This document shows, in pieces, positions 1-8,106 of a stretch of 62,215 nt of DNA. Each line of letters starts with the position of its first letter. Position 1 is the first letter of the stretch. Location of the stretch: positions 1 through 62,215 of the IMG/VR virus record IMGVR_UViG_3300037042_003397; one strand, given 5' to 3'. Origin of the DNA: a virus (lineage: Duplodnaviria > Caudoviricetes). A program made the position numbers and the translations under genes. The notes under the pieces are model-generated. The model worked only from the letters and a program-made list of their open reading frames with translations. It was not told where the DNA came from and made no database searches.

Positions 1-148
1 GCCACCACTCCATAGAGATACCTGAATAATCAGGATGTTCGATAAGTGAAAGACCTTTTTGGTTATTGCAAGAGCCAATAATTATAGCCAGGTCTTTATT
101 AGAGAAACCTTTGATCTTATCAATCATTGACACCTGTTTGAGTGCCAT
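1..148 (-). CDS. N-terminal part of a hypothetical protein spanning the window ends
   Basis: ATG at 148 after GGAGAGGAG; 49 stop-free codons to the edge; joins in frame with 62215->61899 if circular. Confidence 0.7.
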   Translation of the reverse strand, partial: MALKQVSMIDKIKGFSNKDLAIIIGSCNNQKGLSLIEHPDYSGISMEWW

Positions 149-693
149 TAGTACTCCTCTCCATTCTCATCGTAGTATTCACTATCTGCTTTTTCAGCAT
201 CTTTGAATGACCATTCTTTAACAACTTCTTTCTCAATTTCTTGAGCGATCTCGAACAAGTCGCAAGGCGTATGCGGCTCGCCAGTCTCGTCATACACATT
301 CAACTCATTCTCGTTGCAGAATGTTTCAGCCAGTTTGGTGCTGTTCAACTCGCCGCAGTCATCGTAAAGATCACGGTAAGCAACTGCTTCATCGATCAAC
401 GCTTTCTTGATAATCGCATTGATCCGTTTCCGATCTTCTCTCGCCCAAGAAGGGCCATCGGAAGACCACTCGATGCGTGAGAGAAATCCTTCTGGCATAT
501 TGACGACTTCAACAAACTCAACCATGCCAGCAAACTTGGTTACGTGATGCTGTCGCAGATAGTCTTTCGCCATATTGAGCGTATTGAAGCGCCTGGTATT
601 GAGGTTGTCATCTTCTAAAACAACCTCAATCAAACCCTGGTTGAGTGGCGCCACGCCATCTCCACCACCTGTCCTTTTGATAATGTAGCTCAT
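148..693 (-). CDS. hypothetical early protein, acidic
   Basis: 181 aa ORF with AAGGAG RBS; no recognised motif. Confidence 0.75.
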   Translation of the reverse strand: MSYIIKRTGGGDGVAPLNQGLIEVVLEDDNLNTRRFNTLNMAKDYLRQHHVTKFAGMVEFVEVVNMPEGFLSRIEWSSDGPSWAREDRKRINAIIKKALIDEAVAYRDLYDDCGELNSTKLAETFCNENELNVYDETGEPHTPCDLFEIAQEIEKEVVKEWSFKDAEKADSEYYDENGEEY

Positions 694-733
694 CTTGTAT
701 CTCCTTTTCTAAAATAAAGATTGTGAAGCCGGT

Positions 734-761
734 ATAGATCAGAACAACAGTTCTGATCTAT
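734..761. other. intergenic hairpin
   Basis: 12-bp perfect inverted repeat ATAGATCAGAAC/GTTCTGATCTAT between two minus-strand genes. Confidence 0.6.
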
Positions 762-771
762 CACAGTTTCC

Positions 772-993
772 TCAATCCTTGCTCAACATTATCCGTTCTG
801 CCAATGTATCTTTTACGGTGCAGGCCAGGTCGTGGTTCTTCTTGCGTCCTTCCGATATATTGGGATTGCGAGAGAATGCATAGTGGCTTACGCATACTTC
901 ATTCACGGTACGCAACATTGCCGCATATTCGATCAGCGCATTTCGCATGACCACTGCTTCTTCTACGGTAACGAGAACATCGACAAATTTCAT
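772..993 (-). CDS. hypothetical protein
   Basis: ORF 772..1041; likely start MKFVDV after AGGAGG. Confidence 0.55.
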   Translation of the reverse strand: MKFVDVLVTVEEAVVMRNALIEYAAMLRTVNEVCVSHYAFSRNPNISEGRKKNHDLACTVKDTLAERIMLSKD

Positions 994-994
994 C

Positions 995-1411
995 TTAGCC
1001 TCCTGAAGGCAACCACTTTGGCAGGTAACTAGAATGGACAAAGATGGTCAGCCCACAATCCTTACCGCAAAAAATCGAGTGTTCGATGATGATGACATCT
1101 TTGGTCATCTCGAATGTTTTACCTTCAATCGGATTGACCCAAGGTGCTGGCGCCGAGTATTGTAAAGATGATCCATCACCTTTTACGCCGATGTACTTGT
1201 TGCGAGTGCCACCGCTCCAGTTTGTTTCCCAGAAGGTGATCTCATTGGTGAATTTCATCTTGATCTTTCTGCCTGTGTAATGGATACCAGCAGCCTTGAT
1301 CAGTTTATCCACCTGCGCTCTTTTGACTGGCATTACCTCGTATGGAGTCATGAGAGTGCTCCCATTCCGAGACCGATCAAGAAGCATAAGGAGAATACGA
1401 TCAGTGCACAA
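995..1411 (-). CDS. hypothetical protein (true start probably further downstream)
   Basis: 138 aa ORF in the minus-strand gene run. Confidence 0.65.
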   Translation of the reverse strand: MCTDRILLMLLDRSRNGSTLMTPYEVMPVKRAQVDKLIKAAGIHYTGRKIKMKFTNEITFWETNWSGGTRNKYIGVKGDGSSLQYSAPAPWVNPIEGKTFEMTKDVIIIEHSIFCGKDCGLTIFVHSSYLPKWLPSGG

Positions 1412-1438
1412 AATAGCAAGAACATTAGACTTGGCATA

Positions 1439-1723
1439 TTACCATCCCATCCTTTCTTTCAGTTTCGCAGTCGCAGAATCGACAAATCCGGTAAACTCAT
1501 TCAGCCATACCCGGTTAGAGAAATAGGCATTGAAAGATACCAGAGTGAACCATCCCTTTTCCTCCACCATCGCATAGTGGAAAGGATAACCAAACTCATC
1601 CGTGAGAACATCCCGGACGATCAGAGCATTATCCAACTTTGTCACTGGACACAGGTGCTCATTCTTGAGCAAAAACTGTGTTTGTTTCTTTGTCAACTTG
1701 ATCCGCTTGACCATTAGTGGCAT
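1439..1723 (-). CDS. hypothetical protein
   Basis: start MPLMVK after AAGGAGATACAAG, the same leader as the ORF starting at 693. Confidence 0.7.
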   Translation of the reverse strand: MPLMVKRIKLTKKQTQFLLKNEHLCPVTKLDNALIVRDVLTDEFGYPFHYAMVEEKGWFTLVSFNAYFSNRVWLNEFTGFVDSATAKLKERMGW

Positions 1724-1817
1724 CTTGTATCTCCTTTTATCTTCTATCAAGATTACCTGCTTTGCACAGGCTCAGTCTAGTTTTGCTAGACTTCTCTCTT
1801 TCGAGGTAAACTTGATA

Positions 1818-2021
1818 TTAGCCGGTGATTTCGTGAAGCGCCAGTCGACCAGCCAGGTCGATCATCTTGTGCTGAAACTCCATTTGTTCAGCAGTAAGAA
1901 CTTCGGCGTACTCGCTATCAGTGATGAGCCCACGCAGATGATCTTTCATCGCCTTGCCGATAAAGGCGTTGCTTTCCATTGTCATCTTTTTCAATTCAAT
2001 CAGGTACTGCTTGACCGTCAT
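1818..2021 (-). CDS. hypothetical protein
   Basis: 67 aa ORF with GGGAGAT RBS. Confidence 0.65.
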   Translation of the reverse strand: MTVKQYLIELKKMTMESNAFIGKAMKDHLRGLITDSEYAEVLTAEQMEFQHKMIDLAGRLALHEITG

Positions 2022-2192
2022 CTTATATCTCCCATGTATCAGGTTTGATTATCTGCTTCACATCCTCTCGTCAGGTCGTTGGGTGATACGAGGCATTGAG
2101 CAGTTTGTCCGTGTCAAAGATAATGTGGCGTCCTGACCATTATTGTATAGTCAAGACGCCACTCAGGTCATGTGACAGATGTCATGGAAATG

Positions 2193-2351
2193 TCATAAAG
2201 TTGATATGACAGATTTCTCCACAGGCCGCTGAGCATCCCATTTCCCGGTTGCTCCGTTGTACTTGACCATAGCCGCCCAATACTCTACGCCCATCTGCTT
2301 GAACAGGTTCTTGCTCAAGGCCAATACAGAAATCTTGATCTGGTTTTCCAT
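2193..2351 (-). CDS. small hypothetical protein (52 aa, not in ORF track)
   Basis: MENQIKISVLALSKNLFKQMG...; GGGAGATAGAAG leader. Confidence 0.5.
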   Translation of the reverse strand: MENQIKISVLALSKNLFKQMGVEYWAAMVKYNGATGKWDAQRPVEKSVISTL

Positions 2352-2502
2352 CTTCTATCTCCCAATGACTAATACGTAAAAGATTTGGATCAAGTCATCC
2401 ATCACGAACGGATGACCGATCTCGGATGCGCTGTACAAGATGTACATGGCGTGAATGAAGTGGATCTTTGAAGCGATGAACAGAACGATCAATGCTTCCA
2501 TA

Positions 2503-2796
2503 TTACCTCCGGATAGTTGACTTGAGAAATGCGTCAAAGTCATTCATGGCCTTTATCGTGGCCTCATGAGCAGCATTGACCATGTTGAAAGTAGCCGGAA
2601 AACGTTCCGGGTATTCTGGATGCGCATCGAACCAATTGAGGAATAGGGCGGTCGCCATGTTCTTGCCGTAAAGCGCAACCTTGATATCGTACGCCTTGCT
2701 CAGCTTGCTATCCGTCATGCTGTCATCGAGAAACGATGTGACCCGCACGAAAGGATTGCCGAGCATGGTATTGAGTTGATCAATTTCTTTGGTCAT
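2503..2796 (-). CDS. hypothetical protein, paralogous to C-terminus of 2892..3329
   Basis: AAGGAG RBS; shared F..WF......RFP..F motif. Confidence 0.7.
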   Translation of the reverse strand: MTKEIDQLNTMLGNPFVRVTSFLDDSMTDSKLSKAYDIKVALYGKNMATALFLNWFDAHPEYPERFPATFNMVNAAHEATIKAMNDFDAFLKSTIRR

Positions 2797-2891
2797 TTGT
2801 ATCTCCTTAACGCTCAGCTTTGAATGAGCCGCCGGTGCGTTACGAGATGCCCACTACATCTCGTCATCCGCTTCTATTTTGCCGTGTATGC

Positions 2892-3329
2892 TTACCGTAA
2901 GCCGTGATCTAGATCAATCATATCGGCTACGACAAAAGCGAACGCTTCCGGGAAGCGATCCCGCCGTGTTTCGTATTGCTCGAACCAGGCGATAAACATC
3001 TGATTAGCTAGATCAAGCCCACGCAGGCCGGTACACATCTGATAGGCCATCGTGAATTCATCATCTGAACAGGCATCTTCAATGTGGTTCGGAAGCGCCT
3101 CGATTGAAGATGCATACCGCTCAACATACCCCGCCTGGTACACCTTGGTCACTATGATCGTTGTGGTGACGGTAACCTCGTTGAAGGCGACGCTGTATTT
3201 GTTGAACGTGTACGCCGCAGCCATCTGATGCAGGCAATCAGCCACCTGCTCAAAAGATAACCGGCCCTCGATGCGAGCGACCACCACGCCATCTTCATTA
3301 TCCGATACGAGATCAATATTAACTGACAT
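2892..3329 (-). CDS. hypothetical protein
   Basis: 145 aa ORF with GGGAG RBS. Confidence 0.7.
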   Translation of the reverse strand: MSVNIDLVSDNEDGVVVARIEGRLSFEQVADCLHQMAAAYTFNKYSVAFNEVTVTTTIIVTKVYQAGYVERYASSIEALPNHIEDACSDDEFTMAYQMCTGLRGLDLANQMFIAWFEQYETRRDRFPEAFAFVVADMIDLDHGLR

Positions 3330-3430
3330 TGCTCATCTCCCAATACACGATACCGCTTGATTTGCTCCAGAGCTTTGGATCTGGACGCCGGTTCGTTACG
3401 GTAGGTCTCCATCCTACCGCCATCCGTGTG

Positions 3431-3910
3431 TTACGGTCTGCTGTATTTATCCGGTGATTTCTGATAGGCGGTTGATGCCATGCCGATACCGGTCTGATTC
3501 GCATTTTCGCCTAATCCCATCGCAATCATAAAGTTACCCCAGGTCGATCCGTGATGCTGAACCGGCCCAACAGAAAATCTTGCTGCTATATGCGCCAATT
3601 CATGTATGATTACCAGGCGCAGTTTTTCTTTCGCATAGGCTTCGCCATGCACCGCTTTGAGCGCACGGAAGATAGGCATGTGGATGTACACGCCCCATTC
3701 TTCCCCGCTGACACCGATGCGCATATGCCGATCAGGTGTCACGCCCGGATACGATGCGCACGCCATCTGGCGCTTCGATACGCCTTCAAAGCGGTACGCA
3801 TGTATCATGCCTTCTGCTGGCAATGATCCGATACCCCATACAGCCAGGCATTCTGCATATTGGGTATGGATGGAGATGGAATGAAAAAGATCTTGGTGCC
3901 GGAAATCCAT
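3431..3910 (-). CDS. SprT-like zinc metalloprotease domain protein
   Basis: IIHELAH (HExxH) followed by HHGSTW, the SprT-like pattern. Confidence 0.65.
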   Translation of the reverse strand: MDFRHQDLFHSISIHTQYAECLAVWGIGSLPAEGMIHAYRFEGVSKRQMACASYPGVTPDRHMRIGVSGEEWGVYIHMPIFRALKAVHGEAYAKEKLRLVIIHELAHIAARFSVGPVQHHGSTWGNFMIAMGLGENANQTGIGMASTAYQKSPDKYSRP

Positions 3911-3984
3911 GTTTGCACTCCTATTTTAGAATAGTAAAACCCACCGGATATGTGCTATCCGGTGGGGTGATTGAATGACGGTGA

Positions 3985-4851
3985 TTATAGGGTATCTACG
4001 GCTTCGGATAGCTGTTCATCAGCTGGCTGTTCATCAGCTGGCTGTTCACCGGATGGCTGTTCACCGGATGGTTTTGCAATATGAAGCGCTTCCCAATTTG
4101 CAATCCAGGCCGCTTTTAGCGCAACGCCTGATTTTACAACCACGATGCTATCCGTCATATATTCCATGACAGCCGCTTTTGCGTTCACGGACTTTTTGTT
4201 TGCGGTGTATTCGGCGCAAGCTCGAATATAGATGTCATCAATCGCCGCGGATTCCGCTTCCAATGTGCTAGTAAAGCCATGCGCGGTGTAGCATGATGTA
4301 ACCGGACGGTGAAAAACACTGTCAATTTCGGTCGCCCGCTTGACAAGCGCAATTGGGTCGGATAATAGCGCATTAATGACACCGGCAAAAGATCCGGTCC
4401 GTGATGCGTTGAATGTGTCGGTACCGGAATGGTATGAAACATAACCCGGAAGCGCTTCCAGGCTAAAAACAGCTTCGTCCAAATCGGCACCAATGACAAC
4501 CCGCAAATTTGCGATTTTGGTGTTATTAGAACGGGTTATGGCTGGCTTGATCGGCTGCGGCGTTGTGCCATCAGCGGCTGGCGTCACAGGCGTGCCATCA
4601 TCGGATGGCTTGCTATCAATCAGATTCCACGCTTTGCGTGCGGACCAATAGCGGTTGTCCATCCATTGTTTCACCTGTGGCGTAACAGCCGATTCGGCTT
4701 GTTCCCGCGTCCATGTGTTTTTTCCAGCTTCGCCCATATACACTACGGACAATTCCGGATCCGCCGCAAATTTTGCGGACAGATTGTTGAATACGGCTTT
4801 CATAGCCAAATCTAGTTCGGCACGAACACACTGATACGATTTTGTAGCCAT
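3985..4851 (-). CDS. hypothetical protein, first gene of the leftward early run
   Basis: 288 aa ORF, GGGAG RBS, C-terminal PSGEQ/PADEQ repeats. Confidence 0.8.
   Translation of the reverse strand: MATKSYQCVRAELDLAMKAVFNNLSAKFAADPELSVVYMGEAGKNTWTREQAESAVTPQVKQWMDNRYWSARKAWNLIDSKPSDDGTPVTPAADGTTPQPIKPAITRSNNTKIANLRVVIGADLDEAVFSLEALPGYVSYHSGTDTFNASRTGSFAGVINALLSDPIALVKRATEIDSVFHRPVTSCYTAHGFTSTLEAESAAIDDIYIRACAEYTANKKSVNAKAAVMEYMTDSIVVVKSGVALKAAWIANWEALHIAKPSGEQPSGEQPADEQPADEQLSEAVDTL
4011..4070. repeat. 4 x 15-bp tandem repeat within coding sequence
   Basis: GCTGTTCATCAGCTG x2 then GCTGTTCACCGGATG x2. Confidence 0.9.
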
Positions 4852-5159
4852 TGTACATCTCCCAAAATTTAGAATAAATCACGGGCGGCCAAACCCCGGT
4901 GGGGCTGGGTCCGCATCGAATTTCGATTTTATCTATAATTTATTCATTGACCAAATTCTACCGTACAAGATGTGTATGTCATATGTGACGAATGTCAAAT
5001 TATAGTCATTTTTGTGGCTGTTTTGTAACCGGTTCCCCTATTACATTTTCATAAATCTATGCGAAATTGTCATGCCCAGTTTATGACTTTCGTCGCATGA
5101 ACGTTCAGTAAGTTGTGAAAGTTGACAATTTAGGTAAAAAATATCTAAAATTGGAGCAG

Positions 5160-5300
5160 GGTGGTTTCGGCATTATCTCAGGATCGGCCCTCATTTTTGA
5201 CAAAATATTATGACCATAACTTGAAAATCAGCATCCATTGTGGTGGTTTCGGCATCCACTCACGATTGCACCTCATTTCTTGAAAAATAATATGACCATA
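5160..5300. repeat. imperfect ~59-bp direct repeat, two copies 82 bp apart
   Basis: GGTGGTTTCGGCAT...CCTCATTT...TATGACCATA at 5160-5218 and 5242-5300. Confidence 0.85.
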
Positions 5301-5483
5301 TTCATCCATATTCCTATACAGACATTCTCTCATCCCATTCTCACAAACCCTATCAAAAGCTATCAAATTGAAAATTAGCGCAGAGAGTCAGTGAGGAGCG
5401 AAGCGACGAACTGACAACGGAGAAAATTCAAAAAAAATAAGTCGATTCTGTTAATTAATAATATAAGTATAGAACAAAGTACA

Positions 5484-5564
5484 ACCATGAATAATTATTC
5501 ACAGCCGATTGACCATGAATAATTATTCTTGCCTATTGACTTTTGAAAAAAAAATGGTTACACT
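5484..5564 (+). promoter_or_regulatory. sigma70-type promoter with two upstream palindromic operators
   Basis: ACCATGAATAATTATTC at 5484-5500 and 5512-5528 (each contains palindrome GAATAATTATTC); TTGACT(5536-41)-17 bp-TACACT(5559-64). Confidence 0.6.
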
Positions 5565-5735
5565 TAGGGAGGGTGGGTGGGGAAAGGGAAAATAGAAATT
5601 TAATTAATATATATATATATATTAATATAACTTGTTGTAATTTTTGTAATTTTTGTAATTTTACTACATGCATGTAATTTTACTACATGACACCTCTTAC
5701 CCTGCCTGGTATGAGTGTGGCATGGTCACAATACA

Positions 5736-5845
5736 ATACTCGGCAAGCGTACTCTACCATACCACATACCATACTCGGCAGATGGAACCTGCTACCTCAC
5801 AAGACATACTCGGCAGGGTGAACTGCACATAGCACATACCGGGCA
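5736..5845. repeat. iteron-like 10-bp repeats
   Basis: ATACTCGGCA at 5736, 5771, 5806 (35-bp period), ATACCGGGCA at 5836, related inverted copy at 5702-5713. Confidence 0.8.
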
Positions 5846-6137
5846 AGGTATACTCACTGAGTAAGGACAGTAGGAACACGCTTCGCTTCGCTCCGCTACT
5901 ATATACTCGTCGCTCCGCTCCTCGTATATAGTAGCGGAGCGTACCTAAACATTTTTTGAATTTTCGATTTGAAATTGAAATTTTCCAATTTGCTGCTTAA
6001 ACTTGGAAACCGTGGAGTCGCCGAAGGCGTTCCTCGCTGCCTATACCGGATAGTATAGAAACTGATAGGCTATGCGCATATGCTACTGTTGTAATTATGA
6101 TGAACATAGTCGTATAATATAAGGTGAGGAATTTGAT

Positions 6138-6740
6138 ATGAGCAAAGTTGAATTGATCTTGGGAGACTGTATGCATTTTATGCAATCAATGGGAGATAAA
6201 TCCGTGGATTGCGTTCTTACAGACCCGCCCTATGGTTTGGGAAAACGCAATACTGGTGGAGGTAGGAATACACTTCAAGATATCAAATGGGACATAGTAA
6301 ATCATGATTTAGTTTCTTTGGCCGTAAGTCTTGGAAAGAAGGCTATCGTCTGGGGAGGCAATTATTATTCGTTACCCCCTTCTCGATGTTGGTTAATTTG
6401 GTATAAGCGGGATGCGGTTCCTTCTGCTGCTGATTGTGAAATAGCCTGGACGAGCGAGGATAGAAATTCACTTGTATTCGATTGGACTATTGCAGCGACT
6501 AACAAAGAGCGGGTCGATCATCCAACTCAAAAACCTCTTGCACTTATGCGTTGGTGTTTGATAAATTTCACTAATCAAGGCGATCTTATATTTGATCCTT
6601 TCATGGGCAGCGGCACGACTGGCGTGGCCTGTATCCAGACTGGTAGGAATTTTATAGGTTGTGAAATTGATGAGAATTATTTTAAAATTGCAAAACGGCG
6701 GATCGAGATTGCACAGATGCAGCCCAACCTGTTTTATTAG
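6138..6740 (+). CDS. DNA amino-methyltransferase (N6/N4 family, beta class)
   Basis: TDPPY catalytic motif, [19 protein letters not shown]-binding motif. Confidence 0.95.
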   Translation: MSKVELILGDCMHFMQSMGDKSVDCVLTDPPYGLGKRNTGGGRNTLQDIKWDIVNHDLVSLAVSLGKKAIVWGGNYYSLPPSRCWLIWYKRDAVPSAADCEIAWTSEDRNSLVFDWTIAATNKERVDHPTQKPLALMRWCLINFTNQGDLIFDPFMGSGTTGVACIQTGRNFIGCEIDENYFKIAKRRIEIAQMQPNLFY

Positions 6741-6757
6741 GAATGTGGAAGATGAAC

Positions 6758-6970
6758 ATGAGAATTGTCGAATTTGCAGTACCTATACCCGGCACCAGAC
6801 TTTGGGCCATACTCCTTGCTTGTGGTCACGAATTCTCTGTTCCTGTGCTTCAATACAGAATGGATGATGGTGATTTTGTACCTATTGAGGCTCCAGCTTT
6901 GGTCAATTGTCGGATATGTAATGGCGATGAAGTCATATCGAACCAGGTGGTAACTAAGGATGAAGTATGA
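6758..6970 (+). CDS. small hypothetical protein, possible zinc ribbon
   Basis: LACGH and CRIC motifs; start uncertain. Confidence 0.45.
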   Translation: MRIVEFAVPIPGTRLWAILLACGHEFSVPVLQYRMDDGDFVPIEAPALVNCRICNGDEVISNQVVTKDEV

Positions 6971-7212
6971 GAGAAGTAGCCTATACGCACAGGTCGTTCC
7001 TAAGAACGTTTACATTGGTAAAGTTTCTATCAGTTAATTATGATAGTGATTGGACTGATTTGCTGATAAAGGATTTCAAGTTCAAATGTTACTTCACGAT
7101 TAAGAAAAAGATGATGGTAATTAATGGTGACTTTGTAAGATTTAATGGCAAAGGAGAATTAGAAGATATCCTTAGCAAGGAATACGCAAAGGAAAAATAT
7201 AATGTGGAGTGA
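6967..7212 (+). CDS. hypothetical protein
   Basis: 81 aa ORF, ATGA overlap with previous gene. Confidence 0.6.
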   Translation: MREVAYTHRSFLRTFTLVKFLSVNYDSDWTDLLIKDFKFKCYFTIKKKMMVINGDFVRFNGKGELEDILSKEYAKEKYNVE

Positions 7213-7226
7213 TAAAGGATTAGTGG

Positions 7227-7583
7227 ATGCCTGGAATCGGGATAACAGATAATGATCTTGAAGGTATCTACGAGGTTATTGTCAATTCTGGAATTGAAGG
7301 AATTAGCAGAGAAGAATTTATAGAATTGATAAGACCACTAAAGCGGAGTGTTCAGTCACTTCTCAAAATGATGGAATGTAATGGATTCCTTTTATTTGAA
7401 GATTGTGTTGGAGAAATTGATTTTAGGATTTATGCTTTTACAGATGAAGTTATTGATTTGTATGATGATCTGGAAAGGATGAAGGGAGCAAAGAATGGCA
7501 ATGGCAACGGACAAAAGAGTGCAGAGAGACTTGTCCTGGGGGTTGGACTCAAAATCAGAGTTGAGAAGAAGCAGGGTGCTTGA
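7227..7583 (+). CDS. hypothetical protein
   Basis: 118 aa ORF in the plus-strand run. Confidence 0.6.
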   Translation: MPGIGITDNDLEGIYEVIVNSGIEGISREEFIELIRPLKRSVQSLLKMMECNGFLLFEDCVGEIDFRIYAFTDEVIDLYDDLERMKGAKNGNGNGQKSAERLVLGVGLKIRVEKKQGA

Positions 7584-8106
7584 ATTTAGGATTGCTGGAC
7601 TTAGTTATGATGATATATTCAAAGAACTAAATAAAGATAAGAGTTTGTTTCTTCCTGATAACTATTCTGTTAGTGCAGTAGTTATTGATGTTCGCAGGTC
7701 TATAGAAAGTATAAGAAGTAAAGCAGCGGATTATGCTGTTGAAATCTTAGAGATTGATCTGCTTAGAATGGAAAATTTGCTGATGGTATATTATAACAAG
7801 GCTCTTGCCGGTGATGCTGCTGCCGCAAATTTGACATTGAGAATTATGGAGCGCAGATCAAAGGTGCTTGGTCTTGATACACCGAGAAGGGTGGATGTAC
7901 ATGATTGGAGATCTGAAGTAATTGAACTTTACAAGAGTGGAAAGCTGACCAGGGATCAGATCGAGAAGGAGTTAGGTAATGAGCTTGCTGGAAAATTATT
8001 TGAGTCTGGAAGCGTTGAATTCTCTGAAGATGGAAAGGCTGAAAGCGGAAGGAACGAAGACAACATCATCGAGGGGAAATTGGCCGGACAAACACCTTCA
8101 CGATGA
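7495..8106 (+). CDS. terS: terminase small subunit
   Basis: N-terminal HTH (AGLSYDDI), RIMERRSKVLGLDTP motif, directly upstream of TerL. Confidence 0.75.
   Translation: MAMATDKRVQRDLSWGLDSKSELRRSRVLEFRIAGLSYDDIFKELNKDKSLFLPDNYSVSAVVIDVRRSIESIRSKAADYAVEILEIDLLRMENLLMVYYNKALAGDAAAANLTLRIMERRSKVLGLDTPRRVDVHDWRSEVIELYKSGKLTRDQIEKELGNELAGKLFESGSVEFSEDGKAESGRNEDNIIEGKLAGQTPSR

Larger units (their letters stand above)
5387..5941. other. putative replication origin / control region
   Basis: non-coding, between divergent arms; matched hairpins at 5387-5415 and 5889-5941, AT-rich tract 5599-5690, iteron-like repeats 5702-5845. Confidence 0.55.

Noticed and set aside
241-4169. Plus-strand ORFs in the left arm and other short antisense ORFs genome-wide
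   Set aside because: They shadow RBS-bearing genes on the opposite strand and carry no motifs
5736-5845. Repeat-spacer pattern as a CRISPR mini-array
   Set aside because: Repeats are only 10 bp and not palindromic, and no cas genes are present; iterons fit better
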